Assembly (NCBI GenBank): GCA_905216025.1 | Contig: CAJMSE010000013.1 | Coordinates: 15,195 to 79,194 of the forward strand | Direction of reading: 5' to 3' | Origin: an uncultured bacterium | Lineage (GTDB): Bacteria > Bacteroidota > Bacteroidia > Bacteroidales > Bacteroidaceae | DNA: 64,000 nucleotides | Shown here: piece after piece, positions 1 to 9,500 of the stretch | Layout: each line of letters begins with the position of its first letter | How positions within the stretch are numbered: position 1 is the stretch's first letter | Position numbers and translations under genes: made by a program | Notes under the pieces: generated by a model | Databases searched by the model: none | Told to the model about the DNA's origin: nothing | Seen by the model: only the letters and a program-made list of their open reading frames with translations

Positions 1-1992
1 ACCGTCCTCGATGCCCTTGAAGGCAGAAACGGGGAGCAGGTCGCCGTTCTGTGCGTTGATGGGACGAACCACCTCGTTGATGAATGCGGGGTCATTGTTC
101 TCCTTGACAGCGTCTGCGGGCAGGTTGCTCCATGCCGGGTCAACGGTCAGTTCCTTGTACTCACCGCCGCGGTCAACGGCTGCGTAGTTCTTGTCTACAA
201 CGTCCTGACCTTTCTTGCCGTACGACTTCACGATAAACTTCTTCATCTGCTCTACGGCGAGATCAACGGGGATAACGCCTGTGATGCGGAAGAATGCGCT
301 CTGCAGGATGGTGTTGGTGCGGTTGCCCAGACCAATCTCCTGTGCAATCTTGGTTGCATTGATGTAGTAAACCTTGATGTTGTTGTCGGCAAAGAACTTC
401 TTAACCTTGTTCGGCAGGTTGGCTACAAGTGTTTCGCCCTCCCATATTGTGTTGAGCAGGAAAGTACCGTTCTTGCGCAGACCGCGTGTCACGTCGTACA
501 TGTGCAGGTAAGCCTGAACGTGGCAAGCCACAAAGTTAGGCGTGTTTACCAGGTATGTTGAGCGGATAGGCGTGTCGCCGAAGCGCAGGTGAGAGCAGGT
601 GAATCCTCCCGACTTCTTTGAGTCGTAAGAGAAATAAGCCTGGCAGTGCTTGTTTGTGTTGTCACCGATGATCTTAACCGAGTTCTTGTTTGCACCTACG
701 GTACCGTCTGCGCCGAGTCCGTAGAACTTAGCCTCGAACATGCCTTCGCCACCGAGAGCAATCTCTTCTTTCTTGGGAAGCGATGTGAATGTGACGTCGT
801 CGACGATGCCGAGTGTAAAGTGGTTCTTCGGTTCAGCCATAGCGAGGTTCTCGTAAACGGCGAGAATCTGTGCGGGAGTGGTGTCGTTAGAGCCCAGGCC
901 ATAGCGTCCGCCAACGATGACGGGAGCGTTTTCTACGCCGTAGAATGCTTCTTTCACGTCGAGATACAGAGGCTCTCCGTTTGCTCCCGGCTCCTTCGTG
1001 CGGTCGAGAACGGCGATGCGCTTCGTGGTCTTGGGCACTGCTGCGAGCAGGTGCTTTACAGAGAACGGACGGTAGAGGTGTACCGACACGAGACCTACCT
1101 TCTCGCCCTGAGCTGTCAGGTGGTCGATTGCCTCGCGTGCAGCCTCGCTTGCCGAACCCATGAGGATGATTACGCGGTCTGCGTCCTCAGCTCCATAGTA
1201 GTTGAACAGGCCGTACTTGCGTCCTGTAATCTCAGAAATCTTCTCCATGTACTCCTCTACGATGGCGGGAACGGCGTCGTAGTAAGAGTTGCAAGACTCA
1301 CGGTGAGTGAAGAAAGTGTCGGGGTTCTCGGCCATACCGCGTGCCACGGGGTGCTCGGGAGTGAGTGCGCGGTTGCGGAACTCGGTCAGAGCCTGCTGGT
1401 CAACCAGCGGTGCGAGGTCGTCGTTCTCGAGCATCTCTATCTTCTGAATCTCATGCGATGTGCGGAAGCCGTCGAAGAAGTTGACGAACGGAACGCGGCT
1501 CTTGATTGTTGCGAGATGGGCAACGCCGGCCAAATCCATAACCTCCTGTACCGAACCTTCGCAGAGCATGGCAAATCCAGTCTGGCGTGTAGACATTACA
1601 TCCTGATGGTCGCCGAAGATACACAGAGAGTGAGAAGCGAGAGTACGGGCCGATACGTGGAATACGCAGGGCAGGAACTCACCGGCAATCTTGTACATAT
1701 TAGGTATCATCAGCAGTAGACCCTGAGATGCAGTATAGGTAGAAGTGAGTGCTCCTGCCTGCAGCGAACCGTGAACAGCACCGGCTGCACCGCCCTCAGA
1801 CTGCATTTCCTGTACGAGGACAGTCTCGCCGAAGATGTTTTTGCGGCCCTGTGCTGCCCATTCGTCCACATACTCCGCCATCGTTGAAGACGGGGTGATG
1901 GGGTAGATGGCTGCCACCTCCGAGAACATATACGAGATATGCGCTGCGGCCTGGTTACCATCACAAGTGATAAATTTCTTTTCTTTTGCCAT
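1..1992 (-). CDS. nifJ: pyruvate:ferredoxin/flavodoxin oxidoreductase, N-terminal 664 codons (3' part lies beyond the window start)
   Basis: Absent from the ORF track because it is open at the window edge. My translation of the minus strand from ATG 1992..1990 gives MAKEKKFITCDGNQAAAHISYMFSEVAAIYPITPSSTMAEYVDEWAAQGRKNIFGETVLVQEMQSEGGAAGAVHGSLQAGALTSTYTASQGLLLMIPNMYKIAGE..., a typical PFOR start. The 357-aa + ORF 646..1719 is its antisense shadow. Confidence 0.9.
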   Translation of the reverse strand, partial: MAKEKKFITCDGNQAAAHISYMFSEVAAIYPITPSSTMAEYVDEWAAQGRKNIFGETVLVQEMQSEGGAAGAVHGSLQAGALTSTYTASQGLLLMIPNMYKIAGEFLPCVFHVSARTLASHSLCIFGDHQDVMSTRQTGFAMLCEGSVQEVMDLAGVAHLATIKSRVPFVNFFDGFRTSHEIQKIEMLENDDLAPLVDQQALTEFRNRALTPEHPVARGMAENPDTFFTHRESCNSYYDAVPAIVEEYMEKISEITGRKYGLFNYYGAEDADRVIILMGSASEAAREAIDHLTAQGEKVGLVSVHLYRPFSVKHLLAAVPKTTKRIAVLDRTKEPGANGEPLYLDVKEAFYGVENAPVIVGGRYGLGSNDTTPAQILAVYENLAMAEPKNHFTLGIVDDVTFTSLPKKEEIALGGEGMFEAKFYGLGADGTVGANKNSVKIIGDNTNKHCQAYFSYDSKKSGGFTCSHLRFGDTPIRSTYLVNTPNFVACHVQAYLHMYDVTRGLRKNGTFLLNTIWEGETLVANLPNKVKKFFADNNIKVYYINATKIAQEIGLGNRTNTILQSAFFRITGVIPVDLAVEQMKKFIVKSYGKKGQDVVDKNYAAVDRGGEYKELTVDPAWSNLPADAVKENNDPAFINEVVRPINAQNGDLLPVSAFKGIEDG

Positions 1993-2048
1993 TTTAATAG
2001 ATAAAATATTTATAATGAATAAATGTTTGTTTTATAGCCTTACTGATA

Positions 2049-3236
2049 TCAATAAAGGAATCCCAACAGCCATAATGGTATCTGGTTGCCCTTTCCTATC
2101 TCGGTATTGTAGCGGGCGTATATGGTGTCCGGGGTATACCTTATCTTGCCGTGGCTGGCTGCATCGCACACGCGGAACTTCATCTTGCCGTCTACGGTGT
2201 AGTGGATGTCTCTGTTTCCTTGGTTCACCGTATGGTCTTTCCATAGCGAATTGACGAAGAAAGTCTCCATTGTGTCCTGCATGTCTATCCTTATCGGATA
2301 TATGGCATACATCAGGTTGGAGTTGTGCATCATCACTTTCGACGGCTTTTGCGGGAAGTCGTGCCCCACGGGATATATTATGTTGATGAGTCTCGCGTCT
2401 GCCAGATACTTTATGTAGTTCATCACCGTGGCCCTGCTTGTCTCTATGTCGTTGGCCAGCTGGCTTATGTTGGGAGCCTTCGGTCCGTTTATGGCGAGCA
2501 GGTAGAACAGCTTTTTTATTTTCGTGAGATACTTGAGCTCTATCTGTTTTATGAGCAGTATGTCCACTTCGGTCATCATGTTCATCGTCTTCAGCAGGTT
2601 CTCGGAGTAATTCCGGTGCTCCTGATAGAACGGATAGAATCCGTGGTGCACGTAATCGAAGAAATATTTGCCCGGTGACACCTTGGGAAGAATCTGCTTG
2701 ATGATGCGCTCATGACCGTTGAGAATTTCGTCCAGCGTGTACGGCTTGAAGTCGTTGCCGGTCTGCAGGTTCAGAAACTCCCTGAAAGAAAATCCGCGCA
2801 GGTTGTAGCTCTTGACTATTCCGTTCAGTTCCGGGTTCTTCTCCTTGAGGCGCATGACGCTCGAACCGGTGAAGACAATCTTCAGGTTGGGGTATTCGTC
2901 GTAGCATTTTCTCAGTTCGCGGCTCCATTCCGGCTGTTTGAAAACCTGGTCTATCAGCAGCACGCGGCCTCCCTTGCGGTAGAATTCGCCGGCAAAATCG
3001 GCAATTCCCCGCCCCTGAAAATAAAAGTTGTTCATGTTCAGGTAGAGGCATTGGCGGTCGTTCAGGTCGAAGTTTTCTTTGGCATACTGCAATAAAAAGG
3101 TGGTTTTCCCCACGCCTCTCGTACCTTTTATGCCTATCATACGGTCGTTCCAGTCTATCTCATCCATTAAGGTGCGACGGACAGGAGCATTCGTATGCTC
3201 GACCAAATAAGCGTGAGTCCTAAAGAAAACCTCCAT
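2049..3236 (-). CDS. AAA-family ATPase (AAA_14/DUF4143-type ATP-binding protein)
   Basis: Track ORF 2049..3272. Walker A in IGIKGTRGVGKTTFLLQY. The track start is a TTG codon. I prefer ATG at 3236 (MEVFFRTHAYL...), which lies 25 nt downstream of a TATCTTTG -7 box. Confidence 0.75.
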   Translation of the reverse strand: MEVFFRTHAYLVEHTNAPVRRTLMDEIDWNDRMIGIKGTRGVGKTTFLLQYAKENFDLNDRQCLYLNMNNFYFQGRGIADFAGEFYRKGGRVLLIDQVFKQPEWSRELRKCYDEYPNLKIVFTGSSVMRLKEKNPELNGIVKSYNLRGFSFREFLNLQTGNDFKPYTLDEILNGHERIIKQILPKVSPGKYFFDYVHHGFYPFYQEHRNYSENLLKTMNMMTEVDILLIKQIELKYLTKIKKLFYLLAINGPKAPNISQLANDIETSRATVMNYIKYLADARLINIIYPVGHDFPQKPSKVMMHNSNLMYAIYPIRIDMQDTMETFFVNSLWKDHTVNQGNRDIHYTVDGKMKFRVCDAASHGKIRYTPDTIYARYNTEIGKGNQIPLWLLGFLY

Positions 3237-3260
3237 TTTATTAATTTCGTTAATTAGCCG

Positions 3261-3268
3261 CAAAGATA
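3261..3268 (-). promoter_or_regulatory. Bacteroidetes -7 promoter box TATCTTTG (TAnnTTTG) for the AAA ATPase gene
   Basis: Plus strand reads caaagata. It matches the published Bacteroides sigma-A -7 consensus TAnnTTTG and lies 25 nt upstream of ATG 3236. Confidence 0.45.
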
Positions 3269-3323
3269 GCAATTAAATTCGTAAATTGCAAACTCAATGT
3301 TACAAAATATCAAAAAAAATAAT

Positions 3324-3331
3324 TAATTTTG
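3324..3331 (+). promoter_or_regulatory. -7 promoter box TAATTTTG for the 3352..4443 gene
   Basis: Exact TAnnTTTG match 21 nt upstream of ATG 3352. Confidence 0.45.
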
Positions 3332-3351
3332 TCCCCAAAAGAAAGTGGAAA

Positions 3352-4443
3352 ATGACTAACCGGCATGTCCTTCATGTGTTTAACCCTGAGCACGATTTGG
3401 TTCTGGCTCGCAAAACAGGCAGCTACACTGCTCCGGATGCAGCCCGTGGCCTGCGTGCCGATATAGGCTTCCTGCCTGCTTTATGGGCCGGTGAGGGCGA
3501 TTTTGTGGCGGTGCATGATGTCTGTAATGCTGTCAAGGCATTCTCGCGGTTTGCTGACGGGGTATCTGACATCCTCGGTGTGGATATCCATCGTAGGGTA
3601 GAGTTCGTCCCGTTGGCCGGTCTCCGGCATCTTTCAGTCGATGAAATAGACGTCTGGGGGTGGGACAGGGGTGTCCGGAAGGAACTCTCAGCCTGTGGCG
3701 TCAGTGGGGCATTGCTACCCGATGAAGATCGTCTTGATGCTATAAGAGAACTGTCGCATCGTCGTAATGCGGCCGCCTTTCTTGCGTCTGCAGACATGCC
3801 CGGCACTGTCGGCGAGGCTGTCGGATGTACCGGTGAGGCTATGGTCTGCGACTGCATCGGAAGGTATCACGATGCGGTGCTCAAGGCTCCGTGGAGCTGC
3901 AGCGGGCGGGGGCTCCGCTTTGCGGCGGCCGGTGAAATGTCGGGCCATCTCCACGGGTGGATAAGGAACATCATAAAGACGCAGGGGTGCGTGATGGTAG
4001 AGAAGCGTTACGACAAGGTCTGTGACTTCGGCATGGAGTTTTACAGCGACGGAAAGGGTGGCGTGACCTACTGCGGGTTGTCTCTCTTCAGTACTGACAA
4101 CGGAGCGTATACAGGAAATATCATAGCGTCAGAATACTTTAAGAAATGTCAGCTAAAGCGCTATGTGTCAGGGATATTACTGGATGATATCCGCGAGAGC
4201 ATCGTTCGCTGGTGCGGCCGTAAATATAATAATATGTATAGAGGCTTTTTCGGCGTAGACATGATGATAGTGTGGGATGATGGCGACGCAGCCTTTAAGG
4301 TGCATCCATGCGTGGAGATAAACCTCAGGCGCACGATGGGGCACGCCGCCCTTTCGCTGATTCCCGCAGAGGATACGGGCCGCAGGGCAACTATGGCAAT
4401 CACAAAGAAAGATAAATACCAATTAAATATAAATATTTTATGA
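3352..4443 (+). CDS. conserved hypothetical protein, possibly ATP-grasp-like
   Basis: Track ORF 3286..4443 starts at TTG. I prefer ATG 3352 (MTNRHVLHVFNPEHDLVLA). The segment VLKAPWSCSGRGLRF resembles the phosphate-binding strand of ATP-grasp enzymes, but the function is not established. The stop overlaps the GH43 start (ATGA at 4440-4443). Confidence 0.55.
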   Translation: MTNRHVLHVFNPEHDLVLARKTGSYTAPDAARGLRADIGFLPALWAGEGDFVAVHDVCNAVKAFSRFADGVSDILGVDIHRRVEFVPLAGLRHLSVDEIDVWGWDRGVRKELSACGVSGALLPDEDRLDAIRELSHRRNAAAFLASADMPGTVGEAVGCTGEAMVCDCIGRYHDAVLKAPWSCSGRGLRFAAAGEMSGHLHGWIRNIIKTQGCVMVEKRYDKVCDFGMEFYSDGKGGVTYCGLSLFSTDNGAYTGNIIASEYFKKCQLKRYVSGILLDDIRESIVRWCGRKYNNMYRGFFGVDMMIVWDDGDAAFKVHPCVEINLRRTMGHAALSLIPAEDTGRRATMAITKKDKYQLNINIL

Positions 4444-6092
4444 AGAAACTACATTTATTACTAATCTTCTCGGCGATGACCGCAGCCGCTCAGGCGCAGT
4501 ATCGCTCGGACGCGTGGTGTCCCGATCAGGGAGACGGAACCTACATCAACCCTGTAATCAACGCCGACTACAGCGACCCGGACATCTGTGTCGGAGCGTC
4601 GGGCACAGATTTCTACATGACGGCCAGCTCGTTCAATCACCTGCCGGGACTGCCCATCCTGCACTCCAAGGACCTCGTAAACTGGGAGATTGTAGGGCAT
4701 GCGCTTAAGGAACTGAAACCTAAGGAGGTGTTCGACAATGCCGCACACGGAATGGGTGTGTGGGCACCCTGCATCCGCTATCACAACGGCGAGTACTACA
4801 TATACTGGGGAGACCCTGACTATGGCGTGTTCATGGTGAAGACAAAAGACCCGGCCGGAAAGTGGGAAGAGCCGGTGCTCGTCATCTCCGGTAAGGGAAT
4901 GATAGACACGTCGCCGCTCTGGGACGACGACGGCCGCTGCTATCTCGTCAACGGATGGGCCGGCAGCCGTGCCGGATTCAAGAGCGTGCTCTCGGTGCGT
5001 GAGTTGTCGGCAGACGGTACGCGCGCCATCAGCGACCCGGTGATAGTGTTCGACGGCAATAACGAGCACCGTACGGCAGAAGGTCCGAAGTTTTACAAGC
5101 GTGACGGATGGTACTGGATAATGTGCCCCGCCGGAGGCGTGCCCACAGGCTGGCAGCTTGCCATGCGTTCGAAGAGCCCGTACGGCCCGTATGAGCACAA
5201 GATTGTGCTGGCTCAGGGAAAGACCGCCGTCAACGGCCCTCACCAGGGCGGATGGGTACACACGGCCCAGGGTGAAGACTGGTTCATGCACTTCCAGGAT
5301 AAGGGCCCTTACGGCCGCGTGGTGCACCTGCAGCCCGTGAACTGGGTGAAGGGATGGCCGGTGATGGGTGTCGACAAGGACGGCGACCTCTGCGGCGACC
5401 CTGTAATGCGCTATAAGAAGCCCAATGTAGGCAAGGTTTACCCCGTGCAGAATCCCGTGGAGAGCGACGAGTTCAATGTGCCGGTGCTCGGAAAGCAGTG
5501 GCAGTGGAACTCAAACTACGACCAGTTCTACGGCCAGCCCACGCCATACGGCTTCTTCCGGCTTTATACACATAAGCTGAGCGAGAACTTCGTGAACCTT
5601 TGGGAAGCTCCGAACCTGCTTCTCCAGAAGACTCCGGCTGACTCGTTCACGGCCACTGCAAAGCTCAAGTTTGCCGCAAAGAAGGAAGGACAGTATGGCG
5701 GAATCATCATGTATGGTCTCGACTACAGCGCACTTGTGGTGAAGAGAGTGGGAGATAAGTTCCAGCTTCAGCAGCTGACATGCCTCAAGGCCGACAAGAA
5801 CAAGCCCGAAACGGTGAAGGTTTTGGCCGAGCTCGCCCCGACAGACAAGGATAAGGTGAACTACGAACCGGCCATATACGAGGATATTTACTTGCGTTTC
5901 ACGGTGAAGGAAGGTGCCAAGCTGCGTTTCTCCTATAGCAAAAACGGCAAGAAGTTCACCGAGGTGGGCGACGAATTCCAGATGCGTGAGGGCAAATGGG
6001 TCGGTGCCAAGTTCGGTTTCGTTGCCGAAGAGCCTGCCGGAAAGGGCGTGACAGGATTTCTGGATGTAGATTGGATACGTGTCACAAAATGA
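4440..6092 (+). CDS. glycoside hydrolase family 43 (beta-xylosidase/alpha-L-arabinofuranosidase type) with C-terminal beta-sandwich domain; secreted
   Basis: Signal peptide MKKLHLLLIFSAMTAAAQAQ. GH43 motifs DYSDPDICV, FYMTASSF, LPILHSKDLVNWEIVGHAL and WAPCIRYHNGEYYIYW. Confidence 0.85.
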   Translation: MKKLHLLLIFSAMTAAAQAQYRSDAWCPDQGDGTYINPVINADYSDPDICVGASGTDFYMTASSFNHLPGLPILHSKDLVNWEIVGHALKELKPKEVFDNAAHGMGVWAPCIRYHNGEYYIYWGDPDYGVFMVKTKDPAGKWEEPVLVISGKGMIDTSPLWDDDGRCYLVNGWAGSRAGFKSVLSVRELSADGTRAISDPVIVFDGNNEHRTAEGPKFYKRDGWYWIMCPAGGVPTGWQLAMRSKSPYGPYEHKIVLAQGKTAVNGPHQGGWVHTAQGEDWFMHFQDKGPYGRVVHLQPVNWVKGWPVMGVDKDGDLCGDPVMRYKKPNVGKVYPVQNPVESDEFNVPVLGKQWQWNSNYDQFYGQPTPYGFFRLYTHKLSENFVNLWEAPNLLLQKTPADSFTATAKLKFAAKKEGQYGGIIMYGLDYSALVVKRVGDKFQLQQLTCLKADKNKPETVKVLAELAPTDKDKVNYEPAIYEDIYLRFTVKEGAKLRFSYSKNGKKFTEVGDEFQMREGKWVGAKFGFVAEEPAGKGVTGFLDVDWIRVTK

Positions 6093-6117
6093 TGAGTATA
6101 TTGCGGTAAAAGATTGT

Positions 6118-6154
6118 CAGCGAAGCATTTATCAACGTGCTTCGCTGCTTTTTT
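6118..6154 (+). terminator. rho-independent terminator of the GH43 gene
   Basis: 10-bp stem cagcgaagca/tgcttcgctg with a 10-nt loop, followed by cttttttat. Confidence 0.7.
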
Positions 6155-6200
6155 ATCGCTTCGCGCCTCCGGTCTCATGCCCGTTGCCGGGTGGGGAGTG

Positions 6201-6368
6201 CTTCCCGACGGTATAACGGGGCGCTTCTGATGGTGTAACGGGATGTCCGTGACGGTGTGACGGATTGCCCGCCGTAGTATTCTGCCAGCTTTCAAACGCG
6301 TCTTTGAGAGCTACCAAAAGTGTTTTTGAGAGCTGAGCTAATCGCTTTTGACGCCTGCCGCATTCGCG
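6201..6368 (+). repeat. dispersed intergenic repeat, copy 1 of 4 (22-bp subrepeat array + conserved core)
   Basis: Shares ...CGGATTGCCCGCC...GCTTTCAAACGCGTCTTTGAGAGCTACCAAAAGTGTTTTTGAGAGCTGAGC... with 24108-24308, 61482-61638 and the reverse complement of 36838-37078. Confidence 0.85.
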
Positions 6369-6536
6369 ATAATGAAAAATTTACATTGCGACTAAGCGTA
6401 TCCGCCCTTTCAGGCGTATTACTATTAAACGCGGATTGTGCTGTTGCTATGTTCCGGCATGGTTGCGTCAGTGAGGCTGTTCCTCTGTAGAAGACTAACG
6501 TCGTATTATCAATAAAACTATTTAATATTACATTTT

Positions 6537-9500
6537 ATGAAGCAATTTCAACGACTAAGGAAAACATGCGTGGCTCTGGCCGTGCTCCTTGCGGGCACCG
6601 GAGCGGCTGCTCAGACCGCCGGCCTGAGGCTGCACTACACGTTTGAGAATGTTTCCGGCACCCAGGTGCCGGATGCTTCACCGTCCGGAGTGACGGCAGA
6701 GCTGAAGAATGAGGCCAAGGTCTTCAAGATGGGAAAGTACCATGTGCTGAACCTCGGCAAGGGGACGGGCTATCTCGACATGGGAGAGAACGCCGGAAAG
6801 GTGGTCAAGGACCTTGCAGACTTCAGTGTCTCGGCTTATTATTTCGTTGAGGAAGATGCCTCGCTGTCGGGCGCAGGATACTTCCTTTGGGCTTTCTCTG
6901 CTTTAGATGCCAATACCCAGACTGCCGGCCCGTACATGGCCTACAGGCTTAACGCACAGCGCTTTGCCACCTCAACAGGCGGATGGGGCGGCGAGGCCGG
7001 AATAGAGAAGGGCGGCGAGGCCGCCAAGGGAAAGTGGAGCCACGTGCTTTACCGCCAGAGCGGAGCCACGGGCGAGTTGTATATCGACGGTCGTCTGGCA
7101 GGAAAGAACACGGAGATGCCTGTTCTTAACGCCACGTTCACCGCCGCGCCGCGCTACTGCTGGATAGGCCGTGCTCCTTTCTCTGCAGACAACTACCTGA
7201 AAGGCACGTACATGACGGACTTCCGCGTGTATGACGCTGCCGTGACGGATGAGGAGGTTGCATCACTCGCTGCTGTGGCAAAAGACCTTGATAACGAGTA
7301 TTTCTATGGCGACCCGGGTGATTTCACCGCGCTGAAGAAACTCCTGGAAGAGTGCGAAGGCTTTGTAGCCGGAGCCTCGGGGACATATCTTCAGAACGCT
7401 GTAGACGAGGTGCAGGACGAGATTGAGATGGCCCGCCTGCTCATTGCTGCGGCCACGGCATCGCAGCCGATGATTGACAAGCGGTTAGAGTCTATGCAGG
7501 CTGCTCTCGACCATGCGCTGACCACTGCAGGCATAACATTCGGCGAGGTGAGCCACTTCATGCCGGAGAACCATGGTTTCGTGCATCCGGGCGGACTGCA
7601 CACGCAGGCCGACTTCGACCGCGTGAAGCAGATGCTGGCCGACGGCGACCCGACAATAACGGCGGCGATGAAGCTGCTGAGGAGCAACGAATACTCACAA
7701 TCGGGAGTTGCCACATGGCCGGTGTGGGAGATAATACGCGGTGGTGGCTCCGGACAGAATTATATCAATGCCTGCCGCGGTGCGGCGATGGCCTATCAGA
7801 ATGCCTTGCGCTGGAAGATTGACGGCACGAAGGCCAATGCCGACGGAGCCGTGCGCATACTGATGGCATGGGCTCGTGGAAACAAATATGTGGGTGGCGA
7901 CACAAACAAGTCGCTCGCTGCCGGACTTACCGGATATCAGTTTGCACAGGCTGCCGAGCTGATGCGCGACTACGAGGGATGGAGCCGCGACGACTTCGAG
8001 GAGTTCAAGCGCTATATGCTTGCTACGTGGTATCCCGTTGCTTGTGACTTCCTGCGCCGCCGCCACGATACATGGGCCAATTGGGTGCAGGCTGCAAAGG
8101 GCGAGCGCCCCGGCCACTATTGGTCTAACTGGGGACTGTGCAACGTGCTCTGCTTGATGAACATCGGAATACTATGCGACGACGTGCATATATATAATCA
8201 GGGCGTGTCGTTCTATAAGTACGACCACGTGGGAACGTTCGTTGAAGACCGCAGCCAGGCAAGCGTTATCCTCAACGACGGCTGCAACGAGTTTATCGGA
8301 AACCTCGTACCTGTGGTGCATGCCGACGACCGCGGCCCGTTTGGATACCTCGGACAGATGCAGGAGAGCGGCCGCGACCAGGGTCACGCGCTGATGGCTG
8401 CCGGACTGGCGGTAGACATCTGCAAGGTGGGCCTGAACCAAGGCGACGACCTCTATGCCTATATGAACGACCGTCTGGCTGCCGGTCTCGAGTGGACGGC
8501 TGCCTATAACCACAGCGGAGTGGACGACCTGCCATGGACAGGATATAACTATACCGACCGTGGCGGATGGATGGGAGCCGGCTGGCAGCAGGACGGCCCC
8601 AACGGCGGAGGCCGCGGAGGCTGTCGTCCGTATTGGGATCGCGTTGTCGGATACTACGAGGGCGTGCGCGGAGTGAAGATGAAATATTCTGAAGTGGCAG
8701 CAAAAGCCGTGCGCGGAAATTCAGGAACAGATGCCGGCGGAGGCAACTACGGACAGAATTCAGGCGGATTCGACCATTTGGGATTCACCACACTGATGGA
8801 CTATCGCCCGGCCATCGATCCGGCCAAGGCACCGGTGGTGCTCTCGGGACAAATCGTATACAACGGCGAGACACTCAAGAACCAGACCAACCTCGGCGGA
8901 CTTAAATATAAATATGAGGTCTGCCACACGAAGGCCGTGCCCGTTGGAGGCAAGGCCACACTCATGCCGATGCTTCCGGAGGGTGTCGCAGACAACGGCT
9001 CATGGAAGTGGGAGACGGGTGAGACGACCAAGGACATCACCGTAGACACAGACCGCAGCTACATCTACCGCGTGCACTATACTGCAGACAACGGTGCCGT
9101 GTCTACCCAGTCGTTTGCCATAGCAGTGGCCGGCGACAACAATCCTGACGTCATTCATCCGGAGATAACTGTTGACGGAGTGATTTATGTGGACACAGTG
9201 AAGACTGTACTCTATGGTGACGACGTCATCCTCTATGCCGGAAACTCTACCGGATGGTCTGACGAATATCTCTGGAGCAACGGCAAGAAGGGCAATCTCA
9301 TCGTCGTACCCAATATCACGAGCGACCGCACATATACCGTTCAGTATACCAACCAGGGCGGAAACGTCACGTCAAAGAAGTTCTATCTGAAGGTGGTATA
9401 CGGAGTGCCGAGCGTCGTTGTGGACGGCACGAAGTATACAGACTGCAGTGAAGTGGTAGTGGATAAGGGCCGGAACGTGGAGCTTCGTCTTGCCCTGCCG

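Noticed and set aside
646-1719. 357-aa plus-strand ORF, the longest track ORF in the first 2 kb
   Set aside because: It lies entirely antisense to a clean pyruvate:ferredoxin oxidoreductase reading frame that I translated by hand. Its own translation is Cys/Val/Leu/Arg-rich with no recognisable motif. It is a shadow ORF of a GC-rich gene.
3237-3351. Long N-terminal extensions implied by track ORFs 2049..3272 and 3286..4443. The same applies at 26595..27380, 30111..30962, 30988..32313, 46886..48301 and 21701..22474.
   Set aside because: Where I checked the codon (2049..3272, 3286..4443, 26595..27380, 30988..32313 and 46886..48301), the extended start is TTG or GTG. The extensions would also overlap TAnnTTTG promoter boxes or terminator hairpins. 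In each case an in-frame ATG lies at a sensible distance downstream of a promoter box.
5933-6295. Track ORFs that run through the dispersed repeat copies (5933..6295, 24046..24234, 24071..24256, 61319..61573, 61341..61709) and give similar peptides such as HRRAIR.T.T..PLH
   Set aside because: The similarity reflects DNA-level repeat conservation. The ORFs share no start or stop positions, differ in length and frame continuation, and one overlaps the GH43 3' end. I treat the repeats as non-coding.
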